Below are positions 11,385-24,327 of a DNA stretch of 64,000 nt, one piece after another. Under the pieces are notes generated by a model. That model saw only the letters and a list, made by a program, of their open reading frames with translations, had not been told where the DNA came from and searched no databases. Source of the stretch: Squalus acanthias (lineage: Eukaryota); the NCBI GenBank assembly GCA_030390025.1, contig CM059431.1, positions 21,576,001-21,640,000 on the forward strand, given 5' to 3'. Position 1 is the first letter of the stretch; each line of letters begins with the position of its first letter. The position numbers and the translations under genes are program-made.

Positions 11385-12155
11385 ATGGAAATACATAGAA
11401 ATTACAACACTGAAACAGGCCCTTCTGCCCAACTAGTAGTCTGTGTCAAAATTTACTCTCCATGCAAGCAAATAGTCCTAATCGCATTTACCTGCCATGT
11501 TACTGTTTCCCTTCAATCACTTTCCCTTCAATCATGTATCTAATCTAATCTTGAATGTTGACATAGTTTCTGCCTCAACCTTTAACCCCGGAAGTGAATT
11601 CCACAGCCTCACAACTCTGTGTGTAAAGAAGTTTCTCTTGTTCTCTGTAATCTTATGGCTCCATGTTCTAGATCCCTTAACGACTGGAAACAATCTTTTT
11701 CTATCTACCCTGTCCTACCTTTTCATAATTTCAAACACTTCTATCATATCACTCCATAATCTCCGTTGTTCTAACAAAAGAAGCCCCAATATTTTAAGTC
11801 TTTATGTTTATATTTCCTCATACCAGATGGAGAGAAAGAGAGCTTTAGGGAGGGAGTTCCAAAGAGTGGGACTGTGGTTGTGGGGAGGTCTGCCACCAGT
11901 AATGGGACAAAAGGCAGGTGAGATGCACAGAAGCCCAAAGTCAAAGGAACATAGTGGTCAGGAGTGGATATAGGCTGAAGGAGATCACAGATATAGGGCG
12001 GACCAAGGCCATGATGGGATTTAAATAGGGGACAAAGATTTTGAAATGAATGCTTTGGAGGGCAGAAAGCCAGTGAATGTCAGCAAGGATGGAAATATTG
12101 GGTGAGCAGGTCTTAGAGCAGGACAAAATACATGTAGGACAGGATACATGCAGCA
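11385..12155 (-). mobile_element. Decayed CR1 3' end (~11385-11815) followed by an L2-like fragment
   Basis: CR1-type tail and the reverse complement of RNFFTQRVVRLWNSL. Further on, ILADIHWL...IHFKI is an L2-type C-terminal motif. Confidence 0.5.
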
Positions 12156-14467
12156 AAGAGTACGGAACTCGCTTCCGTTACATATATTCACCTACTTGGC
12201 TTGGTAATCACACCTGAACTAAACTGGAGCATAGAAGTTTCAATCAATGGTGGAAAAACTACTAGATGTGTAGGAATCTTCAAAAAATCTGAACTCTAGT
12301 TCTCAGTGTTGGTTGTGGGACCACTTAGCTCTGTCTAGAGCCTGCTACTTTTGATGTTTAGCATGCAAGTAGCACTGTGTATTAGCTTCACTAGGTTTGT
12401 ACCTCATTCTTCACAAGGACTGTGCGATGGTCACTTCTGCCAATGCTATCGTGAACAGATATGTCTGTGAGAGGCATGTTGGTGAGGATGGGATCAAGTA
12501 GGTTTCTTCCTTGTCTTGGTTCCCTCACCACCTGATGCAGGCCCATCTGGCAGCTAAATCCTTCAGGACTCGACCGGCTTGGTTAATGGTAGTCCTTCTA
12601 GCCACACTTGTGCACATTGACGTCCCCCACCCAGAGCACATCCTGTGCCCATTTCATATGGGTGCTGAGCACTAGCAGAGCTGTTTATGTACTAAGATCA
12701 CATTATGGGACCATGACCTCATTAATATTTTCTTGAGGCTTTAATGAGCCAAGTGCATGCCTTGTGCACAGGCCCTCAATTCCCACTGCATTATCCCATG
12801 CTATGTGAAGTGGGTGCGTAACAGTTGTCAGTGCCCAATAATACAGGTTGCCTGTGCCCAATGTGCATCAGTCTTACGGATGCTGATCATTCATTATCAG
12901 CCCCAATATTTTTTGACAGGCTTTCTGACTTTGTCTTTTGAACTCTGAAGATAATACGTCAATTTGCCTGCTTACTGTCCAGTTCTGTCATTATCTCCTT
13001 GCAGTTTGGTCATGGCTTGACTTTCAGATAGCAAGTTAATTGCTCTGTAGAGAGTGGTGTCATCAGCAAAGAGAACAACATCACTTTTGAATACATCCAA
13101 CAAGTAATTTGAGATGTGTTTTCCACCAGGTCACTGAAGGACATTAGAAACTGAATGGGGCCAAACCTTTTGACAGTCTGATCTCATCACTGTTCAAAAG
13201 TGAATAACTTGTTTGTTCCAACATTTTATTCATGTTTTAGAAACTCCAGGTGAAACATTAGTAAAAAATTGCTATTGTATGAATTCTTTGATAGTTTATA
13301 TTTTATCAGAATTGCTAATGTTACAGATTTTCTTTACAGACTATTTAGTGCTTGGGAGGTTCAAATTTTATCTGCATGTATTTTAAAACTTTGTTTAGAA
13401 GTAGTTGGAAATCTGCTGTTTTGGAGGTGTCAGGACAAGAAACAATCGCTACAAAATATCTTGAGAAAATAAACAAAATAACTAACAAGAATTAAATCCA
13501 CAACTCCTTTCTTATTTTGTAGCCCCCTGAGCTATCCTAACAAGTTTTAAGCAAATAGCATATATTTTGCATATTAGTATTTTTTTCATTTTTAGTGTTT
13601 TTTTTTTCAAATAACCTTATATTTTATTTTGTATTCAAAATGCAATCTCTGCAAAACAATATGTAATTCATATGAGATCTATCTGCAAGTGAAGGAATGT
13701 CCAACCATTGTAACTGGGTGCTACCTCATGAGCCATCCTGTATAATATTTCACCATAAATTGATAGACATGCAAACAGGTCCAAACCTGGCCATAAATCA
13801 CACTCCCATAATTTGTGTATTTATCTAGATTGAGGAAAATAAGAAACACTCTGATTTTGTTGCTATTTTTGTTTCATCCAGCAGAGAGGGCTGTTAAATT
13901 ATAACACACACATTATAATTTTCTATAATAGTTCTGACTTTCTATCATAATATTAATTTCCAACACCAGCACTATAATCCTGAGACAGTGCTGAATCTGC
14001 AAACAGAGTGATAATAATTATTTTCAATTTCTCAAAATATTGTTTTCTGTCTCTCTGGGGATACTGGAGCCTGAATTTTCTGCATCGTACTGCCTGATTT
14101 GGCAGTTCTGCCAGATCCCTGCTAACCTCTGCAGTGACCCTATTCCGCTGTCACTTTGGGCGGGTGCGTGTGAATGAGCTGGAACTGTTGCTGTTATATG
14201 TCCCATTTCCTATCATTTCCATTTCATTTAAGGTGAGTCTTAATTGCGCCTGGATGAAACTGGCTCCCAAGGGTGCTAGACCCTAACCCGAAGGCAGGAG
14301 TCATTTTAAAGAAACACTTTTATTTAGTTAATGTTGCTGTTAAAATATTGTTATATTATTTTTTTCTGTTTGCTAACTCCACATATGCCATTTTCCATGG
14401 GAGCTGCCCTTTACCCCCTCCTTTTTTAGACAGGGTACATGGGCTTCTTTTCGGGGATTCCCCACTA

Positions 14468-15365
14468 TAAGAACATAAGAACATAAGAAATAGGAGCAGG
14501 AGTAGGCCATTTGGCCCTTCGAGCCTGCTCCGCCATTCAATGAGATCATGGCTGATCTTCTGCCTCAACTCCATTCACCGGCCCTATCGCCATATCCCTT
14601 GATGCCCTTACTAGTCAGAAATCTATCGACTTCTGTTTTGAATATACCCAATGACTGAGCCTCCACAGCCCTCTGGGGTAGAGAATTCCAAAGATTCACC
14701 ACCCTCTATGTGAAGAAATTTCTTCTCATCTCAGTCCTGAATGGCCTACCCTTTATCCTGAGGTTGTGGCCCCTGGTTCGAGACTCCCCAGCCAAGGGAA
14801 ACATTCTCCCAGCATCCACCCTATCAAGCCCTGTAATAATTTTGTATGCTTCAATGAGATCCCCTCTCATTCTTCTGAATTCAAGAGAATACAGGCCTAG
14901 TTTACTCAATCTCTTCTCATATGACAGTCCCGCCAACCCAGGAATCAATCTCGTGAACCTTCGTTGCACTCCCTCTATGACAAGTATATCCCTCCTTCGG
15001 TAAGGAGACCAAAACTGTACACAGTACTCCAGATATGGTCTCACCAAGGCCCTATATAATTGGAGTAAGACTTCTTTACTCCTGTACTCAAATCCTCTTG
15101 TAATGAAGGCCAGCATACCATTTGCCTTCCTAATGGCTTGCTGCACCTGCACATTCACTTTCAGTGACTCATGTACGTGGACACCCAGCTCCCTTTGAGC
15201 ATCTGCATTCCCCAATCTTTCACCATTTAGGAAATACTCTGCCTTTCTGTTTTTTCTACCAAATTGGATAACTTCACATTTATCCACATTATAATCCATC
15301 TGCCATGTTCTCACCCACTCACTGAGCCTGTCGAGATCCCTTTGAAGCCTCTTCACAGCCTCTTC
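14468..15365 (-). mobile_element. CR1 LINE 3' fragment (RT C-terminus and tail)
   Basis: ORF 14706-15458 contains LQRDLDRL..W..WQM.YNVDKCEVI.FG and [19 protein letters not shown]. Tail (TAAGAACA)n at 14468. Confidence 0.9.
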
Positions 15366-15494
15366 GCAACTTCTTGCAAGAAGGAGAGGAATGGATTGAG
15401 TCAGGATAGTGAGGCTACACTGCAGGTACATGACACCCACCAGCCGACACCCACACACCAGAGTATGCAGGCAGGGGCGGTCCTACCATGAGTG

Positions 15495-16050
15495 TAAGCC
15501 ATGGTCCAGTGGTAGCACTCTTGCCTCTGAGTCAGAGGGTTGTGTGTTCCAATGCCGAAACTTGAGCACATAATTTAGGCTGACACTCCAGTGCGGTACT
15601 GTGGGAGTGCTGCACTGTCGGAATGCATCTTTCAGATGAGACAAATCGAGGTCCCGTTTGCCCTCTCAGGTGGATATAAAAGATCCCATGACAATATTTG
15701 GAAGAAGAGCAGAGACGATCTCCCTAGTGTTCTGGCCAATATTTATCCCTCAATCAACACCTAAAAAACGAAGGGTTTCGACCTGAAACGTTAACTCTCT
15801 TTCTCTCTCCACGGATGTTGCCTGGCCTGCTGAGTTTTTCCAGCGTTTTCTGTTGTTATTCCTAAAAAAGATTATCTGTTCATTATCACATTGTTGTTTG
15901 TGGAACCTTGCTGTGCGGAAATTTGGCTGCCGTGTTTCCCACATTACAACAGTGACTACACTTCAAAAGTACTTCATTGACTGTAAACCACTTTGGGACG
16001 TCCTGAGGTCCTGAAAGGCGCTATATAAATGGAAGTTCTTTCTTTCTTAC
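15495..16050 (+). mobile_element. SacSINE1-like SINE containing a 92-bp PLE terminal fragment (15769-15860)
   Basis: Similar to 6690-7165. The insert is flanked by TSD CCTAAAAAA and begins within a hammerhead core (CGAAGGGTTTCGACCTGAAACGTTAACT). Confidence 0.75.
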
Positions 16051-16051
16051 C

Positions 16052-16960
16052 TTGACCGAGGAGCAATGCCTGCAGAAGTTTTACTTTTCAAAAGAAGCTG
16101 TCACAGAGTTATGTCACATGCTGCAAGCAAACTTACAGCCTACTTCCACTGTTCACACTGCTCTGCCAGTGGCTATTAAGACCATCAAATTCTATGCCAC
16201 CGGGTCATTCCAGGCTGCCACTGAAGACATCTGTAACATAAGCAAGCAGCTGTGCACAGATGAATCAGGCAAGTCATGGATGCGTTGTTCTCTCCAGCGA
16301 GCAATGCCATCAACTTCCCCAATGGACAACTGGTACCACTGTGACAGAGCACTACAAGTTTGCCAAGTGGTATGATTCCCGAAGGTTAAAGAAATCATAG
16401 ATTAAATCCGTGTGACCTTGCATGCCGTCTTCATCAATGTCTAGATGTGTGTCAACAGGAAAGGATACCACTCTTTCAATGTCTTGCTTATTTACAACCA
16501 GCAGCACACTATCATGTAAGTAAATGCTTGTTTGCCAGAGCGGCCACAATTCCTTTATTTTAAGGAATTCTACTGTGTCTTTAACCTGGAAGGGTAGCTC
16601 TTTGGGGGTAAAAGAATATCTTGTACTGCCTTGGTTGGTGACATCAGTGCTTTCCCATAACCCCAGGTGAGTAACACGATAACGAGATCGATTCATGCAT
16701 TAGAAACTTCACTGGACTCACCTTAGGTATGTTAACGGCGCACTTCATAAACCTGGATCAGTTTGAGGGCATCCTGCAATATAGTCTGCTGAAGGTCAAA
16801 AGGACTGTGATAGTGTGCTGCATGCTGTACAACTTTGTCTGACAAATAGGTCCCTTCATGGGACCTCCGGAGAATGTCAGCTCCAACCAGGAACAAAGGA
16901 TTAAGCAAGAGGAGTAGAAGCTTGAAGAATTGGAAGACAACTAATTTCCGACTGCAAGAG
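16052..16960 (+). pseudogene. Degraded PIF/Harbinger (HARBI1-like) DDE transposase
   Basis: TEEQCLQKFYFSKEAVTELCHML...LQP.S..HTALPVAIK..KFYATGSFQAATEDICNISK. Downstream frameshifted remnants resemble NRKGYHS.NV and IVCCMLYN, followed by an acidic tail. Confidence 0.7.
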
Positions 16961-17587
16961 ACATTTGTGCCAGTCTGATATGCAAGACCTTCTCTTGATT
17001 ACTGCATCTGGCCCCTGCATAAACAGTCCTGCCTACATCACAAATATGCAATCACCTACAGACCCTTCTCTGTGTGCATCAAGTCACAGTTTCCATTCGT
17101 GCTACCTCATCAAAGCCACTTTAGTGCTCCTATCATTTTATTTAGAACCCGTGCTGTGTTTACATGCCTATTTCTTCTTGCCAGCGTGCGTGATGTTTGA
17201 ACTGTTAAATCTAATCTAGTGCTTCTCCGAACTGCTAAGGGCAGGAGCGCATGAGTTGACTCACTGTTGTGTGTCAGGACAAGCTCCTTGAGATTGAGGT
17301 AGTCCTCCTCTCAAGACAACTAAGTCCTGTGATGGACCTGTCTGCAGGCTGCACCTCTTCTGCCGCTGCACGGGCAACCTGGCCCTGCCTCCTCTCTGTG
17401 ACATGTTCAGGCATTAGAAGAGGTTGGCAGGAGGGCATGCATATGCTGCTATTCATATCACACCATCATCAGTGTGCCTTTCAGCCATGCCACTTGTTTT
17501 GGGCACTGCTTCTGCATGGCCAGTGATCTGCAGGAAAGCAGACCTAATGATCTCAGTGAGATCAGTGCAGGCCTGTGCAATGCTTGT

Positions 17588-17907
17588 GGGGCAACACGGT
17601 GGCATAGTGGTTAGCACTGTTGCCTCACAGCGCCAGGGACCCGGGTTCGAATCCGGCCTCGGGTGACTGTCTGTGTGGAGTTTGCACATTCTCCCTGTGT
17701 CTGCGTGGGTTTCCTCCGGGAGCTCCGGTTTCCTCCCACAGTCCAAAGATGTGCGGGTTAGGTTGATTTGGCTATGATAAATTGACCCTTAGTGTTAGGG
17801 GGATTAAATATGTGGGGTTACAGGGATAGGGTGGGATATGTGTCGGTGCAGGCTCGATGGGCCGAAATGGCCTCTATCTGCACTGTGGGGATTCTGTGAT
17901 TCTGTGA
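17588..17907 (+). mobile_element. HE1-type V-SINE
   Basis: Head and V-domain near-identical to 2999-3434. Tail GATTCTGTGATTCTGTGA. Confidence 0.85.
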
Positions 17908-18039
17908 ACCGGACATCAAGCAAATCCAAACCAAAAGAGACACCCCTCTCCAATCTGGCACCCTAGACCTTTATGGCAGTAGTCTAAGCATCCATGTAGG
18001 AAGCAAAGACTGCCGCTAGGATCGGCATGGAAAGGCAGA

Positions 18040-18543
18040 ACACTTCATGATAATATTTAACTCAGGCTCCCACAGTGCAGTTGGGAGTCTGAGTTAAATT
18101 TAACACTGGCTGGCCGGATTCCCCATGGCTCGGGAAACCCAGCAGCAAAATGGACATGGGAGCTGCCGGATCAAGCAAGTAAGTGCTTTTTATAGCACTG
18201 CTTGTGAATCAGGAGGAGCAGGAGTGTTCCCCCACCCCTCCGGCCCCTCAAGCAAACCTTATGCCGATCACAGCCTCTCCTCGCTGCCACAATCGTCCGA
18301 CCCTCCCCAACCCCCGATCTTTGCTTCCCTCCCGATTGCCGTAATCCGACCACACCCACTCCCCCTCGCCTCCTCCCAGCCTGCCAATCTGCCCTGCTGC
18401 CAGGTGGGAAATGGAATCAAAAAATGATAATGTCTCGCCGTTAAATTTGGCAGGACCTCCGCGCTTCCGGGTTTCCCCCCCCCTGACCCATCTGCAACCG
18501 CACTCCCTCGCTTCCTCCCCACCTCCCAGTAAATATCGTGGCC
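18040..18543. mobile_element. Harbinger-like MITE fragment (family of 5954-6672)
   Basis: Right terminus CAGTAAATATCGTGGCC. Internal GGGAAACCC..AGGAGCAGGAGTG motifs match 5954-6672 in reverse. Confidence 0.45.
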
Positions 18544-19224
18544 CACATCCCTGGGCTGGTGCTTGAGAGGGATACAGCGGGTGGGTGCTGCAGCGTTAGG
18601 ATTCTGAGGGGCTTGCTTATTCCTCTTGCTGTGGCACATCTAGAGAGTGGAAACGGGAAGAGAGGCAGAATGATTTCCTGAGGAGCAGAGTTCCCATTTC
18701 ACTATCAGTTGAAGGAGTGACATGAGGATTTTTACATTTAGCTTATTGGCAATTTATGAAGGGTACAGTAAGAGGAGACGCCGAATGTTCTGACAAACCC
18801 TCAATGGGACATGCTCTCTTACTTGTCTGTCTCTAACACCCTCAATGGCCTCTGTCCCTGAGATGTACAGGTTTTCTCATAGGGAGTAAGCGGTCTGAGG
18901 TTTGGTGTTTCAACATTGGCTGATCTCACCCTGCTATTATGAGCGGCATAGAACAAGAAAACAAACAAAAATACCTTCAATTACCATGACATGGAATAAC
19001 AGTCCATAATGGGTGTGAGGACTAGCAATTATATGAAGCTTTTTGTGAGCTGAATGATGTAAGGATGTGAGTGAAGGAACACTTCCCAGTGCAGGCTGGG
19101 GATTTAAAGGCCAGCACATTGCTTCCAGGGCAATTGAAACACTTTAACACAGTGTGAGGGGGGAGGTCATTGTAAGTAGTAGCCATGCTTAGTACAGTTC
19201 ATTCTTAGGAGGCGTGGCTGACTT

Positions 19225-19420
19225 CTTACTTTGCCGGACCTGGTCAAATCATTATCCTTCTTCTTGTGCTGAGAGGCAGTGAGGGCCCTGGCCGCCTTCC
19301 TCCCCAGCCCTGTGCTGCTCCTATTTGTGTTCTTTGTCCCAAGGTGGTCTCCGTACTGTCCCTAACCTCCTGCAGAAGTATTTCTACATTTGCGTCAGCA
19401 AATCAAGGAGCTCTTTCCCT
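19225..19420 (-). pseudogene. Degraded Harbinger Myb/SANT-like ORF remnant
   Basis: Reverse complement ends ...AATGATTTGACCAGGTCCGGCAAA|gtaag (NDLTRSGK plus splice donor), the usual end of the Harbinger Myb exon. Convergent with the transposase at 16052. Confidence 0.4.
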
Positions 19421-20378
19421 GGAGCGGTTGTTTCAGATATTGAATAAAGCAGATATTTGTTATGGTCACTAACAAAAAGTCTTCTTATAATGCTTGCCCC
19501 TTTAAGCTGTGGCTGGTGTTTAAAGCCAGCAGTGAAAGAAAGTAAACAAGAACTTACATTTATATAGCGCCTTTCACGATCTCTGGACGTCCCAAAGAGC
19601 TTAATTAAGGAGCATATTGTTTCCCATCCCAAGAACGCCGAGCTTCCAATCAGATGCATTTCCACCGTTGGGAGCATGCCCTGTTTACTCAAATGAGGCT
19701 GACTCCATCAATAATGATCGGGTCAGCACTCATCACATCATGTGGGCTGAAGTCCTACCCTGCCACACTTCCCACACGGATTGTGCCCTCAGAGAAAATC
19801 TAGGTTTATGTTTCTTGTAGAGCTATTTCTCCCTCCTATTTTACCAGTAAAGGTGATTCTGCAGTCTAACACTCACCACTGGAGCACCAGATCGTGGAAT
19901 CGCCCCTAGAATGTTTATTTTATGATATAAGCAATATAAACACAGATACAAGAGCAGAAATGTCATATTAAATAAGCATTACATCATTGAGATCCGAATA
20001 GTTACACAGGAACAGTTCAATGCATATGGATCTTAGCACTTATAATATGCATAGGAACAGGAGTAGGCCATTTAGCCCCTCGAGGCTCTTCCGCCATTCA
20101 GTGAGATCATGGCTGATCTGTGACCTAAGTCCATATCCCTTAATACCTTTGGTTAACAAAAAGCTATCAATCTCTGATTTAAAATTAACAATTGACCTAG
20201 CATCAACTGCCATTTGCGGAAGAGAGTTGCAATCTTCTACCACCCTTTGCGTGTAGAAGTGTTTCCTAACTTCACTCCTGAAAGATCTGGCTCTAATTTG
20301 TAGGCTATGTCCTCTACTCCTAGACTCCCCAACCAGCAGAAATAGTTTATCTCTATCTACCCTATCAGTTCCCTTTAT

Positions 20379-21088
20379 GGAGGTGAAATTGCGGTCGGAG
20401 GCTTCCTGCGGGCGAATGCCTTCGATCCGCAAGAAAAGAATGCACCTAGCTGGTGCCTCTGTATCTTCGGGCTCTTTCGATCCTGGGCCTGCAAGCGTAC
20501 ACCTGCGTAAAGGCCCACGTATCCTAGGGGCGCATGCAGTTCGCAAGCGTCCCTGAGATCACGTGGGCCGGCCCAACCAATCAAAATGGAGGATTATGCT
20601 TATGGGGATTCCATTTACATGCGGAATCCCCATAAGCACAATAGGAATGACATAAAAAATACATTTTCACACAACCTAAATAAAAATAAATCATCACATT
20701 TTTAAAATTAATTAAAATACAATTTATGCAACATTTAAAACAAAAATGTAATTTTTTGAAAAATAAATGTAAACATTTTTAAAGGGGCCAAAAATAAGCT
20801 AAACTAATTTTAAAGGTTTTTGAATGTTTAAATGATTTAAAAAATGTTATTTTAATATTTATTTAAACCCTTACGCTGGCAAAAGAAGGCCCTACACTTG
20901 CTTTTACCAGGCGTAAGTGTTTTGTGGGCATTCGCTGGGCAGTAGTTGGGAAAATAGCTGAAACTTGACAGATTGCAAGTTCCGGATTTTTGCACATGCG
21001 CGGCGCACGCGGAAACCTGGAACTTGCGGGGCACTTACGACCGTGCACACTATGCGTACGCGATCATCGGTCCCGTAAAATCCAGGCC
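20379..21088. mobile_element. Non-autonomous DNA transposon inserted in a CR1 3' fragment (20045-21115, minus)
   Basis: CR1 sequence GTTCCCTTTAT...AATATCTTGAAAAC is interrupted. GC-rich ends, AT-rich core and a perfect 16-bp hairpin at 20597-20638. Confidence 0.55.
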
Positions 21089-21255
21089 AATATCTTGAAA
21101 ACTTCGATTAAAGTGGACATCTTTCACTGCATTAGCCCTACAAGTATTACTTGACCAGGCTTTCTTTACACCTGAGCCCAGTACTTATATAGTAAATGCC
21201 CCAGTATCTACGTTACAAACTTGTATACTCTTCTGCTATCAAAATAATTTACCTC

Positions 21256-21695
21256 TGTCAGCGTTGGCTCAGTGGTAGCACTCTTGCCTCTGAGTCAGAA
21301 AGTCATGGGTTCAAGCCCCACTCCAGAGATTTGAGCACGTAATCTAAGCTGTCATTGCATTGCTGAAGAAGTGCTGCACTGTAAGGTGTTGTCTTTCGGA
21401 TGAGACGTTAAATGAAGGCCCCACCCCTTTTAGGTGGGTGTTAAAGATCCCATTGCACTATTAGAAAAGCAGGGGAGTTCGCCTGGTGACCTGGCCAACA
21501 TGTATCCCTCAACCAACACCACTAAAAACAGATCATTGCTGTTTTTATGGGACCTTGCTGTGTGCAAATTGGCTACCATGTTTCCCTCAATTGTAACAGT
21601 GGCTGCATTTGAAATGTTCTTCATTGGCTGTGAAGTGCTTTGGGACGTCCTGAGGATGTGAAAAGCGCTATAAAAATGCAAATTCTTTCTTTACT
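21256..21695 (+). mobile_element. SacSINE1-like SINE
   Basis: Head TGTCAGCGTTGGCTCAGTGGTAGCA and tail GCGCTATAAAAATGCAAATTCTTTC. Confidence 0.75.
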
Positions 21696-24327
21696 TCCAT
21701 TCATCAAGTAGGGTCAGTTCTTCTATGGAGCCTTTTCCACTGCCACTGTGCCAGCAGTTCCAGCCATTATATAATTGCATGGGGTTCTGATTTAATCTAG
21801 TGAGCTGCAACAGACTTCCATGCCAAACTCAACAATACACCGACTCATCGTGTCTTCATTGCATCTCCTGTACCTTTACAAAAGACAGAAGATTGGATCA
21901 GTTTATGTTATGGTCATTTCTCCTGTGTCTAATATCTCCTCATCTTAAAAATGGGCATCATATAGTGAATCATTTTGAGCAGATACTACTGAAGGGAAGT
22001 ACAGAGATATCTTAAGCCATTCTTTAATTCAAATCAGATTTCTGCATTCTTGTTGATCTCTGGAGTTAATTTATTCTGAGAAAAGCTTTAAGTGTTACAT
22101 CATGTCAGTGCTTGAGGAAGACAATAATACACTTATATTTGTGTAAGATAAAAAAAAACGATTATTGCAACTTTATTAAAAGTGAGATGTGAATGGCATA
22201 GACCCAGCTCCATGCTAGGTGTTTTTGTTTCATCATTTTAATTTTATTTGTCCCCTCCCACTTTATAAGTTACATTCTCCTGCGATTCCCCTTTTACTGC
22301 AGATCAATTCTACCACCAGAAGTTAACTGACTCTGACTTGCCCTCCTCAAATAGCTGGTATCAGGAATGCACAGCATCTGGAATTATCATATATAATCCC
22401 TGTTGCATCACTGCATGGAAGGGTGTGTACCGGCACACTAACTAGAGGGACCACCAAAGTTACCAACAAATAATTTATTTCAGCAAAACAAATTTTAAAA
22501 AGCAAAAGGATACTCATTCGCTTAGGCACTTCATCACACAACACTTGACAAAGTTGGGCCTTTTAATTTAAAAAAAGTGCTGCAATCCAAAATGTAGTTG
22601 TGTCAAAAAAGAACGTATAATTTATGTAGAACAAAGGGTGGCCACAAAATTCCACTTTATGAAACATTTACGTGACACCTCCTCTGAGTCAGTGATTGGA
22701 TAAGTGTGCATTAAAAAAATATCACTCATATTCCATTTTAGTTATTAGAGCCTCGCCTATTACGATTAATTATATTAACAAGTGATGCAATAATATAAGT
22801 AAGGCCTTGGAAGCATATTGTAAATGGTTTTAGTCCTTAAACTCTTGCATAAGTTTAAAACAGCTTTCTGATGTTCAAAATTCTTGTAAAGTCTTATTGA
22901 GTTATAGATCCCATAGCTTATAGATAGATATTCCTTGCATCTCCACAGGTGATTCTCCTGCTTCAAAGACCTTCGGATCAGAACAATATGAAGCCACAAT
23001 GATCTTGGAACAGAAGGCTCGTGTGGAGCATAAACGCCGGCATGGATTGGTTGGGTCAAATGGCCTGTTTCTGTGCCGTATATCTTATGTAATCCTATGA
23101 GATATTTGTCTGGTGTAGTGGAGGGATGCATGGACATCAACAAACTGCTAAAAGTCCATGTGGGAGGGAATTCCAGAGTGTGGGGCCTAGACAGCTGAAG
23201 GCATGGTTGTCAACAGTGGGGTGAAGGGAGGGGGTGCACACAAGGGCAGATTTAGAGGAACACAAAATTTGAGGGGGGTGGTAATAGTTTGGAACCTGAG
23301 GTGGGCCATGAAGGTATTTTGACATGAAGAAAATAATTTTTAATTGGAGGCATTGGGGGGATTAGAAGCCAATGTAGGTCAGGGGTGATGAGTGAGTGGG
23401 ACTTGGTGCTCATAGGATACAGGCAGCAGAATTTTGGAGGAGTTAAAGTTTATGATGGGTGAAGGATGGACCAGCCAGGACAGCATTGGAATAGTCGAGT
23501 CTAGCAGTGACAAAGGCATGCATGAGGGTTTCAGCAGCAGATGGACTGAAGCAGGGCAGATGCAGGCGATGTTACATAGTTGGAAGTAGGCAGTCTTTGT
23601 GATAGCGGTTATATGGTGTTGGAAGCTCAATTTGGGGTCAAATGGAATGCTAAGATTACAAATAGTCTGGCTCAGCCTGAGATAATAGTCAGGGAGGGGG
23701 GTTTAATCAGTGCTGAAATAAGGAATTTGTGGCGGTGACCAAAGACGATGGCTTCAGTCTTCCTAATGTTTAACTGGATAAAACTGTGGCTCATCCAAGA
23801 CTGGATATCAGACAAGCAGTCTGACAACACAGAGGCAGTGCAGGGGTCAAGAGAGATGGTAGAGAGGTAGAGCTGGGTGTCATCAATATAGGTGGCATGA
23901 AGGCGACTTCATGTCTGTGGATGATGTTGTCAAAGGCTGCATGTAGATGAGGAAGAGGAGAAGACCAAGGAGAGATCCTTAGAGGACTCCAAGAGGGGGC
24001 AGCAAGAGAAGCTATTGCTGGAGATTCTCTGGCTACAATCAGATATTGAGAGCGTAACCAAGCAAGGGCAATCCCATTAAGCCAGACAATGGAGGAAAGG
24101 GGTTGGGGGAATGTAGGTGGTGAGGAATACAAGGAAATGGTTGAAGATGGTGTTGTCTGTGATAGGGAAAATAGTCCTGATTTTAAAGGGGGGTGGCAGG
24201 TATGGTGTGCATGAGCCCCAAAGCGGGCAGCACACCCGGTGTGTTGGGGGATGTGGAGACCTGGCTGATATTAAAGGCCAGGCAACATTAATATAACTTT
24301 CAGCAGATTGCCGCCCAAATCGGCCAA

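Noticed and set aside
16052-16375. Host HARBI1 gene
   Set aside because: Frameshifts, stops and nested SINEs indicate a decayed transposon, not the domesticated gene.
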